Source: Eledone cirrhosa (lineage: Eukaryota). Taken from it: a stretch of 64,000 bases of DNA. The stretch is from positions 36,022,001 to 36,086,000 of the forward strand of contig OZ024741.1 of the NCBI GenBank assembly GCA_964016885.1, written 5' to 3'. Position 1 is the stretch's first letter. Each line of letters starts with the position of its first letter. Below, piece by piece: positions 49,201-61,200 of this stretch. Position numbers and translations under genes: made by a program. Below the pieces are notes generated by a model. That model had not been told where the DNA came from and made no database searches. It saw nothing but the letters and a program-made list of their open reading frames with translations.

Positions 49201-52200
49201 AGAACTCTTCAGCCTATGGAGTCTTCAGGCTATGGAATCTTCAGCACATGAATTCTTTACCCTAAGAAAAATTCAGCCTGTAAACTCTTCACGCTAAGAA
49301 CTCTTCAGCCTATAGGCTCTTCACCCTAAGAATCCTTCAGCCTATGGACTCTTCAGCCATTGAACTCTTCACCCTAAGAACTCTTCAGCCTATGAACTTT
49401 TCAACCTATGGAATCTTCAGCCTATGGACTTTTCACCCTAAGAACACTTCAGCCTGTGGACTCTTCAACCTATGAACTCTTCAGCCTATAGACTCTTCAG
49501 CCTATGGATTCTTCAGCCTATGAACTCTTTACCCTAAGAACTCTTCAGCCTGTGAACTCTTCACACTAAGAACTCTTCAGCCTATGGACTCTTCAGCCTA
49601 TGAACTCTTCACACAAAGAACTCTTCAGCCTATGAACTCTTCAACCTATGGAATCTTCAGCCTATGGACTTTTCACCCTAAGAACACTTCAGACTATGGA
49701 TTCATGAACCTATGAACGCTTCAGTCTATGAACTCTTCAGACTATGGACTCTTCAGCCTATGAATTATTCACCCTAAGAACTCTTCAGCCTATGAACTCT
49801 TTAACCTATGGACTCTTCAGCCTATGAACTCTGCAGCCTATGAAATCTTCAACCTATGGACTTTTCACCCTAAGAACTCATTAGCCTATGGACATTTCAG
49901 CCTATGAACCTTTCAGCCTATTGGACTCTTCAGCCTAACAACTCTTCAGCCTATCAACTCTTCACCCTAAGAACTCTTCAGCCTATGAACTTGTTACTCT
50001 AAGAACTCTTCAGACTATGAACTCTTCAGCCTATGAACTCCTCATCCTATGGACTATTCAGCCTATGAAATCATAAACCAATGGACTCTTCAACCTATGA
50101 ACTCTTAAACCTATGAACTCTTCAGTCTATGAACTATTCAGCCTATAGACTCTTCAGCCTATAAACTCTTGAGCCTATGGAGTCTTCACCCTAAGAACTA
50201 TTCAGCGTATGAACTCTTCAGCCTATGAACTCTTCAGTCGATAAAATATGCACGCTAAGGACTCTTCAGCCTATGAACTCTTCACGATAAGAACTCTTCA
50301 GCCTATAAACTGTTCACCCTAAGAACTCTTCAGCCTATGAATTCTTCAGCCTATGGACTATTCAGTCTATGGACTTTTCATCCTAAAAACTCTACAGCCT
50401 ATGAAATCTTCAGCCTATGAACTCTTCACACTAAGAACTCTTCAGCCTAAGGACTCTTCAGCCTATGAACTCTTCAGCCTATGGACTCTTCAGCCTATGA
50501 AATCTTCACACTTAGAACTCTTCAGCCTATGATCTCTTCGCCTTAAGAACTCTTCAGCCTATGTACTCTTCACCCTAAGAACTCTTCAGTCTATGAACTG
50601 TTCACTCTTAGAACTCTTCAGCCTAAGAACTGTTCAGCCTATGGACTCTTCAGCCTATGAACTCTTCACGCTTAGAACTCTTCATCCTAAGAACTCTTCA
50701 GCCTATGGATTTTCAGCCTATGTACTCTTCGCCCTAAGAACTCTTCAGCCTATGGACTCTTCAGCCTATGAACTTTTCAGCCTATGGACTCTTCACACTA
50801 GGAACTCTTCAGCCTATCAACTCTTCACTCTATGAACTCTTCACTCTAAGAACTCTTCAGCCTATGGACTCTTCATCCTAAGAAATATTCAGCCTATGAA
50901 CTGTTCACACTAAGAATTCTTCAGCCTAAGAACTGTTCAGCCTATTGACTCTTCAGCCTATGAACTCTTCACCATAAGAACTCTTCAGCCTATGGACTCT
51001 TCAGCCTAGATACTCTTCATCCTATGGACACTTCAGCCTATGAACTCTTTACATTAAGAACTCTTCAGCCTATGAACTCTTCACCCTAACAACTCTTCAG
51101 CCTATGGACTCGTCAGCCTATGAACTCTTCAGCTTATTGACTCTTCAGTCTATGGACTCTTCCCCCTAAGAACTCTTCAGCCTATGGATTTTTCAGCCTA
51201 TGAACTCTTCACCCTTAGAGCTCTTCAGGCTATTATCTCTTCACCCTGAGAACTCTTCAGCCTATGAACTCTTCACCCTAAGAACTCTTCAGCCTATGGA
51301 CTCTTCAGGCTATGGAATCTTCAGCACATGAATTCTTTACCCTAAGAACACTTCAGCCTGTAAATCCTTCACGCTAAGAACTCTCCAGCCTATAGGCTCT
51401 TCACCCTAAGAATCCTTCAGCCTATGGACTATTCAGCCATTGAACTCTTCACCCTAAGAACTCTTCAGCCTATGAACTTTTCAACCTATGGAATCTTCAG
51501 CCTATGGACTTTTCACCCTAAGAACACTTCAGCCTGTGGACTCTTCAACCTATGAACTCTTCAGCCTACGGACTCTTCAGCCTATGGATTCTTCAGCCTA
51601 TGAACTCTTTACCCTAAGAACTCTTCAGCCTGTGAACTCTTCACACTAAGAATTCTTCAGCCTATGGACTCTTCAGCCTATGAACTCTTCACCCTAAGAA
51701 CACTTCTGCCTATGGATTCATGAAACTATGAACGCTTCAGTCTATGAACTCTTCAGACTATGGACTCTTCAGCCTATGAATTATTCACCCTAAGAACTCT
51801 TCAGCCTATGAACTCTTTAACCTATGGACTCTTCAACCTATGGACTCTTCACCCTAAGAACTCTTCAGCCTATGGATTCTTCAGCCTATGAACTCTGCAG
51901 CCTATGAAATCTTCAACCTATGGACCTTTCACCCTAAGAACTCATTAGCCTATGAACCTTTCAGCCTATTGGACTCTTCAGCCTAACAACTCTTCAGCCT
52001 ATCAACTCTTCACCCTAAGAACTCTTCAGCCTATGAACTTGTTACTCTAAGAACTCTTCAGACTATGAACTCTTCAGCCTATGAACTCTTCAGCCTATGG
52101 ACTATTCAGCCTATGAAATCTTAAACCAATGGACTCTTCAACCTATGAACTCTTAAACCTATGAACTCTTCAGTCTATGAACTTTTTAGCCTATAGACTC

Positions 52201-55200
52201 TTCAGCCTATAAAATCTTGAGCCTATGGAGTCTTCACCCTAAGAACTATTCAGCGTATGAACTCTTCAGCCTATGAACTCTTCAGTCGATAAAATATGCA
52301 CGCTAAGAACTCTTCAGCCTATGAACTCTTCACGATAAGAACTCTTCAGCCTATAAACTGTTCACCCTAAGAACTCTTCAGCCTATGAATTCTTTAGCCT
52401 ATGGACTATTCAGTCTATGGACTTTTCATCCTAAAAACTCTACAGCCTATGAAATCTTCAGCCTATGAACTCTTCACCCTAAGAACTGTTCAGCCTATGG
52501 ACTCTTCAGCCTATGAATTCTTCAGTCTATGGTCTATTCGGCCTATGGACTTTTCATCCTAAAATCTCTACAGCCTATGAAATCTTCATCCTATTGACAC
52601 TTCAGCCTATGAACTCTTCACACTAAGAACTCTTCAGCCTATGGACTCTTCAGCCTGTGAAATCTTCAGCCTATGGACTCTTCAGCATATGGACTCTTCA
52701 GCCTATGGGCTCTTCACCCTAAGAACTCTTCATCCTATGGACTCTTCACCCTAAGAACTCTTCATCCTATGAACTCTTCACCCTAAATACCCTTCAGCCT
52801 ATGGATTCTTCAGCCTATGGACTCTTCAACCTAAGAACTCTTCAGCCTATGAACTCTTCAACCTATGGCCTCTTCAGCTTATGGACTCTTCACCCCATGA
52901 ACTCTTCAGTCTATGAAATCTTCACCCTAAGAAATCTTCAGCCTATGAACTCTTCAACCTATGGACTCTTCACACTAAGAACTGATCAACCTATGGACTC
53001 TTCAGCCTATGAATTCTTCAGCCTGTGGGCTCTTCACCCTAAGAACTCTTCAGCCTATGGACTCTTCAGACTATGAAATCTTCACACTTAGAACTCTTCA
53101 GCCTATGGACTCTTCACCCTAAGAACTCTTCAGGCTATGAACTGTTCACTCTTAGAACACTTCAGCGTAAGAACTGTTCAACCTATGGACTCTTCAGCCT
53201 ATGAACTCTTCAGGCTTAGAACACTTCAGCCTATGAACTCTTCACCCTAAGAACTCTTCAGCCTATGGACTTTCAGCCTATGTACTCTTCAACCTATGGA
53301 CTCTTCAGCATATGGACTCTTCGCCCTAAGAACTCTTCAGCCTATGTACTCTTCATCCTATGAACTTTTAAGCCTTTGGACACTTCAGCCTATGGATTCT
53401 TCACTCTAAGAAATCTTTAGACTATGGACTCTTCACCCTAAGAACAGTTCGCCCTTAGAACTCTTCAGCATATGAACTCTTCACCCCTAGAACTCTTCAG
53501 GCTATTATCACTTCAACCTAAGAATTCTTCAGCCTATGAAGTCTTCACCCTAAGAACTCTTCAGACTATGGAATCTTCAGCCTATGGACTCTTCAGCCTA
53601 GAGACACTTCAGCCTATGGACACTTCAGCCTATGAACTCTTCACACTAAGAACTCTTCAGCCTATGAACTCTGCAGCCTAACAAAACTTCAGCCTATGGA
53701 CTCGTCAGCCTATGAACTCTTCAGCCTATTGACTCTTCAGCCTATGGACTCTTCACCCTAAGAACTCTTCAGCCTATGGACTTTTCAGCCTATGAACTCT
53801 TCACCCTTAGAACTATTCAGGCTATTATCTCTTCACCCTGAGAACTCTTCAGCCTGTGAACTCTTCACCCTAAAAACTCTTCAGCCTATGGACTCTTCAC
53901 CCTAAGAACTCTTCAGCCTATGGAATTCTTCATACTTAGAACTCTTCAGCCTATGGACTCTTAACCCTAAGAACTCTTCAGCCTGTGAACTCTTCAGCAT
54001 ATGAACTCTTTACCCTGGAGAACTCTTCAGCCTGTGAACTCTTAACGCTAAGAACTCTTCAGCCTATGAATTCTTCAGCCTATGAACTCTTCAGACTATG
54101 AACTCTTCACCCTAAGCACTCTTCAGCCTATGAATTCTTCACCATAAGAATTTTTCAGCCTATGAAATCTTCACCCTAAGAACTATTCAGCCTATGAACT
54201 GTTCACTCTTAGAACTCTTCAGCCTAAGAACTGTTCAACGTATGGACTCTTCAGCCTATGGACTCTTCACCCTAAGAACTCTTCAGCCTATGAATTCTTC
54301 AGCCTCTGGACTATTCAGTCTATGGACTTTTCATCCTAAAAACTCTACAGCCTATGAAATCTTCAGCCTATGAACTCTTCACACTAAGAACTCTTCAGCC
54401 TATGGACTCTTCAGCCTATGAACTCTTCAGCCTATGGACTCTTCAGCCTATGAAATAATCACACTTAGAACTCTTCAGCCTATGAGCTCTTCGCCTTAAG
54501 AACTCTTCTGCCTATGTACTCTTCACCCTAAGAATCCTTCAGTCTATGAACTGTTCACTCTTAGAACTCGTCAGCCTAAGAACTGTTCAGCCTATGGACT
54601 CTTCAGCCTATGAACTCTTCACGCTTAGAACTCTTCATCCTAAGCACTCTTCAGCCTATGGAATTTCAGCCTATGTACTCTTCGCCCTAAGAACTCTTCA
54701 GCCTATGGACTCTTCAGCCTATGAACATTCAGCCTATGGACTCTTCACACTAGGAACTCTTCAGCCTATCAACTCTTCACTCTATGAACTCTTCACTCTA
54801 AGAACTCTTCAGCCTATGGACTCTTCACCCTAAAAGATATTCAGCCTATGAACTGTTCACACTAAGAATTCTTCAGCCTAAGAACTGTTCAGCCTATTGA
54901 CTCTTCAGCCTATGAACTCTTCACCATAAGAACTCTTCAGCCTATGGACTCTTCAGCCTAGATACTCTTCAGCCTATGAACTCTTTACATTAAGAACTCT
55001 TCATCCTATGAATTCTTCACCCTAACAACTCTTCAGCCTATGGACTCGTCAGCCTATGAACTCTTCAGCCTATTGACTATTCAGCCTATGGACTCTTCAC
55101 CCTAAGAACTCTTCAGCCTATGGATTTTTCAGCCTATGAACTCTTCACCCTTAGAACTCTTCAGGCTATTATCTCTTCACCATGAGAACTCTTCAGCCTA

Positions 55201-58200
55201 TGAACTCTTCACCCTAAGAACTCTTCAGCCTATGGAGTCTTCAGGCTATGGAATCTTCAGCACATGAATTCTTTACCCTAAGAACACTTCAGCCTGTAAA
55301 CTCTTCACGCTAAGAACTCTTCAGCCTATAGGCTCTTCACCCTAAGAATCCTTCAGCCTATGGACTCTTCAGCCATTGAACTTTTCACCCTAAGCACTCT
55401 TCAGCCTATGAACTTTTCAACCTATGGAATCTTCAGCCTATGGACTCTTCACACTAAGAACTCTTCAGCCTAAGGACCCTTCAGCCTATGAACTCTTCAG
55501 CCTATGGACTCTTCAGCCTATGAAATCTTCACACTTAGAACTCTTCAGCCTATGAACTCTTCGCCTTAAGAACTCTTCAGCCTATGTACTCTTCACCCTA
55601 AGAACTCTTCAGTCTATGAACTGTTCACTCTTAGAACTCTTCAGCCTAAGAACTGTTCAGCCTATGGACTCTTCAGCCTATGAACTCTTCACGCTTAGAA
55701 CTCTTCATCCTAAGAACTCTTCAGCCTATGGATTTTCAGCCTATGTACTCTTCGCCCTAAGAACTCTTCAGCCTATTGACTCTTCAGCCTATGAACTCTT
55801 CACCATAAGAACTCTTCAGCCTATGGACTCTTGAGCCTATGGACTCTTCAGCCTATGAACTCTTTACATTAAGAACTCTTCAGCCTATGAACTCTTCACC
55901 CTAACAACTCTTCAGCCTATGGACTCGTCAGCCTATGAATTCTTCAGCCTATTGACTCTTCACCCTATGGACTCTTCACCCCAAGAACTCTTCAGCCTAT
56001 GGATTTTTCAGCCTATGAACTCTTCACCCTTAGAACTCTTCAGACTATTATCTCTTCACCCTGAGAACTCTTCAGCCTATGATCTCTTCACCCTAAGAAC
56101 TCTTCAGCCTATGAACTCTTTAACCTATGGACTCTTCAACCTATGGACTCTTCACCCTAAGAACTCTTCAGCCTATGGATTCTTCAGCCTATGAACTCTG
56201 CAGCCTATGAAATCTTCAACCTATGGACTTTTCACCCTAAGAACTCATTAGCCTATGGACATTTCAGACTATGAACCTTTCAGCCTATTGGACTCTTCAG
56301 CCTAACAACTCTTCAGCCTATCAACTCTTCACCCTAAGAACTCTTCAGCCTATGAACTTGTTACTCTAAGAACTCTTCAGACTATGAACTCTTCAGCCTA
56401 TGAACTCTTCAGCCTATGGACTATTCAGCCTATGAAATCTTAAACCAATGGACTCTTCAACCTATGAACTCTTAAACCTATGAACTCTTCAGTCTATGAA
56501 CTTTTTAGCCTATAGACTCTTCAGCCTATAAAATCTTGAGCCTATGGAGTCTTCACCCTAAGAACTATTCAGCGTATGAACTCTTCAGCCTATGAACTCT
56601 TCAGTCGATAAAATATGCACGCTAAGAACTCTTCAGACTATGAACTCTTCACGATAAGAACTCTTCAGCCTATAAACTGTTCACCCTAAGAACTCTTCAG
56701 CCTATGAATTCTTTAGCCTATGGACTATTCAGTCTATGGACTTTTCATCCTAAAAACTCTACAGCCTATGAAATCTTCAGCCTATGAACTCTTCACCCTA
56801 AGAACTGTTCAGCCTATGGACTCTTCAGCCTATGAATTCTTCAGTCTATGGTCTATTCGGCCTATGGACTTTTCATCCTAAAATCTCTACAGCCTATGAA
56901 ATCTTCATCCTATTGACACTTCAGCCTATGAACTCTTCACACTAAGAACTCTTCAGCCTATGGACTCTTCAGCCTGTGAAATCTTCAGCCTATGGACTCT
57001 TCAGCATATGGACTCTTCAGCCTATGGGCTCTTCACCCTAAGAACTCTTCATCCTATGGACTCTTCACCCTAAGAACTCTTCATCCTATGAACTCTTCAC
57101 CCTAAATACCCTTCAGCCTATGGATTCTTCAGCCTATGGACTCTTCAACCTAAGAACTCTTCAGCCTATGAACTCTTCAACCTATGGCCTCTTCAGCTTA
57201 TGGACTCTTCACCCCATGAACTCTTCAGTCTATGAAATCTTCACCCTAAGAAATCTTCAGCCTATGAACTCTTCAACCTATGGACTCTTCACACTAAGAA
57301 CTGATCAACCTATGGACTCTTCAGCCTATGAATTCTTCAGCCTGTGGGCTCTTCACCCTAAGAACTCTTCAGCCTATGGACTCTTCAGACTATGAAATCT
57401 TCACACTTAGAACTCTTCAGCCTATGGACTCTTCACCCTAAGAACTCTTCAGGCTATGAACTGTTCACTCTTAGAACACTTCAGCGTAAGAACTGTTCAA
57501 CCTATGGACTCTTCAGCCTATGAACTCTTCAGGCTTAGAACACTTCAGCCTATGAACTCTTCACCCTAAGAACTCTTCAGCCTATGGACTTTCAGCCTAT
57601 GTACTCTTCAACCTATGGACTCTTCAGCATATGGACTCTTCGCCCTAAGAACTCTTCAGCCTATGTACTCTTCATCCTATGAACTTTTAAGCCTTTGGAC
57701 ACTTCAGCCTATGGATTCTTCACTCTAAGAAATCTTTAGACTATGGACTCTTCACCCTAAGAACAGTTCGCCCTTAGAACTCTTCAGCATATGAACTCTT
57801 CACCCCTAGAACTCTTCAGGCTATTATCACTTCAACCTAAGAATTCTTCAGCCTATGAAGTCTTCACCCTAAGAACTCTTCAGACTATGGAATCTTCAGC
57901 CTATGGACTCTTCAGCCTAGAGACACTTCAGCCTATGGACACTTCAGCCTATGAACTCTTCACACTAAGAACTCTTCAGCCTATGAACTCTGCAGCCTAA
58001 CAAAACTTCAGCCTATGGACTCGTCAGCCTATGAACTCTTCAGCCTATTGACTCTTCAGCCTATGGACTCTTCACCCTAAGAACTCTTCAGCCTATGGAC
58101 TTTTCAGCCTATGAACTCTTCACCCTTAGAACTATTCAGGCTATTATCTCTTCACCCTGAGAACTCTTCAGCCTGTGAACTCTTCACCCTAAAAACTCTT

Positions 58201-61200
58201 CAGCCTATGGACTCTTCACCCTAAGAACTCTTCAGCCTATGGAATTCTTCATACTTAGAACTCTTCAGCCTATGGACTCTTAACCCTAAGAACTCTTCAG
58301 CCTGTGAACTCTTCAGCATATGAACTCTTTACCCTGGAGAACTCTTCAGCCTGTGAACTCTTAACGCTAAGAACTCTTCAGCCTATGAATTCTTCAGCCT
58401 ATGAACTCTTCAGACTATGAACTCTTCACCCTAATCACTCTTCAGCCTATGAATTCTTCACCATAAGAATTTTTCAGCCTATGAAATCTTCACCCTAAGA
58501 ACTATTCAGCCTATGAACTGTTCACTCTTAGAACTCTTCAGCCTAAGAACTGTTCAACGTATGGACTCTTCAGCCTATGGACTCTTCACCCTAAGAACTC
58601 TTCAGCCTATGAATTCTTCAGCCTCTGGACTATTCAGTCTATGGACTTTTCATCCTAAAAACTCTACAGCCTATGAAATCTTCAGCCTATGAACTCTTCA
58701 CACTAAGAACTCTTCAGCCTATGGACTCTTCAGCCTATGAACTCTTCAGCCTATGGACTCTTCAGCCTATGAAATAATCACACTTAGAACTCTTCAGCCT
58801 ATGAGCTCTTCGCCTTAAGAACTCTTCTGCCTATGTACTCTTCACCCTAAGAATCCTTCAGTCTATGAACTGTTCACTCTTAGAACTCGTCAGCCTAAGA
58901 ACTGTTCAGCCTATGGACTCTTCAGCCTATGAACTCTTCACGCTTAGAACTCTTCATCCTAAGCACTCTTCAGCCTATGGAATTTCAGCCTATGTACTCT
59001 TCGCCCTAAGAACTCTTCAGCCTATGGACTCTTCAGCCTATGAACATTCAGCCTATGGACTCTTCACACTAGGAACTCTTCAGCCTATCAACTCTTCACT
59101 CTATGAACTCTTCACTCTAAGAACTCTTCAGCCTATGGACTCTTCACCCTAAGAAATATTCAGCCTATGAACTGTTCACACTAAGAATTCTTCAGCCTAA
59201 GAACTGTTCAGCCTATTGACTCTTCAGCCTATGATCTCTTCACCATAAGAACTCTTCAGCCTATGGACTCTTCAGCCTAGATACTCTTCAGTCTATGGAC
59301 ACTTCAGCCTATGAACTCTTTACATTAAGAACTCTTCATCCTATGAATTCTTCACCCTAACAACTCTTCAGCCTATGGACTCGTCAGCCTATGAACTCTT
59401 CAGCCTATTGACTATTCAGCCTATGGACTCTTCACCCTAAGAACTCTTCAGCCTATGGATTTTTCAGCCTATGAACTCTTCACCCTTAGAACTCTTCAGG
59501 CTATTATCTCTTCACCATGAGAACTCTTCAGCCTATGAACTCTTCACCCTAAGAACTCTTCAGCCTATGGAGTCTTCAGGCTATGGAATCTTCAGCACAT
59601 GAATTCTTTACCCTAAGAACACTTCAGCCTGTAAACTCTTCACGCTAAGAACTCTTCAGCCTATAGGCTCTTCACCCTAAGAATCCTTCAGCCTATGGAC
59701 TCTTCAGCCATTGAACTTTTCACCCTAAGCACTCTTCAGCCTATGAACTTTTCAACCTATGGAATCTTCAGCCTATGGACTCTTCACACTAAGAACTCTT
59801 CAGCCTAAGGACCCTTCAGCCTATGAACTCTTCAGCCTATGGACTCTTCAGCCTATGAAATCTTCACACTTAGAACTCTTCAGCCTATGAACTCTTCGCC
59901 TTAAGAACTCTTCAGCCTATGTACTCTTCACCCTAAGAACTCTTCAGTCTATGAACTGTTCACTCTTAGAACTCTTCAGCCTAAGAACTGTTCAGCCTAT
60001 GGACTCTTCAGCCTATGAACTCTTCACGCTTAGAACTCTTCATCCTAAGAACTCTTCAGCCTATGGATTTTCAGCCTATGTACTCTTCGCCCTAAGAACT
60101 CTTCAGCCTATTGACTCTTCAGCCTATGAACTCTTCACCATAAGAACTCTTCAGCCTATGGACTCTTGAGCCTATGGACTCTTCAGCCTATGAACTCTTT
60201 ACATTAAGAACTCTTCAGCCTATGAACTCTTCACCCTAACAACTCTTCAGCCTATGGACTCGTCAGCCTATGAACTCTTCAGCCTATTGACTCTTCACCC
60301 TATGGACTCTTCACCCCAAGAACTCTTCAGCCTATGGATTTTTCAGCCTATGAACTCTTCACCCTTAGAACTCTTCAGACTATTATCTCTTCACCCTGAG
60401 AACTCTTCAGCCTATGATCTCTTCACCCTAAGAACTCTTCAGCCTATGAACTCTTTAACCTATGGACTCTTCAACCTATGGACTCTTCACCCTAAGAACT
60501 CTTCAGCCTATGGATTCTTCAGCCTATGAACTCTGCAGCCTATGAAATCTTCAACCTATGGACTTTTCACCCTAAGAACTCATTAGCCTATGGACATTTC
60601 AGACTATGAACCTTTCAGCCTATTGGACTCTTCAGCCTAACAACTCTTCAGCCTATCAACTCTTCACCCTAAGAACTCTTCAGCCTATGAACTTGTTACT
60701 CTAAGAACTCTTCAGACTATGAACTCTTCAGCCTATGAACTCTTCAGCCTATGGACTATTCAGCCTATGAAATCTTAAACCAATGGACTCTTCAACCTAT
60801 GAACTCTTAAACCTATGAACTCTTCAGTCTATGAACTTTTTAGCCTATAGACTCTTCAGCCTATAAAATCTTGAGCCTATGGAGTCTTCACCCTAAGAAC
60901 TATTCAGCGTATGAACTCTTCAGCCTATGAACTCTTCAGTCGATAAAATATGCACGCTAAGAACTCTTCAGACTATGAACTCTTCACGATAAGAACTCTT
61001 CAGCCTATAAACTGTTCACCCTAAGAACTCTTCAGCCTATGAATTCTTTAGCCTATGGACTATTCAGTCTATGGACTTTTCATCCTAAAAACTCTACAGC
61101 CTATGAAATCTTCAGCCTATGAACTCTTCACCCTAAGAACTGTTCAGCCTATGGACTCTTCAGCCTATGAATTCTTCAGTCTATGGTCTATTCGGCCTAT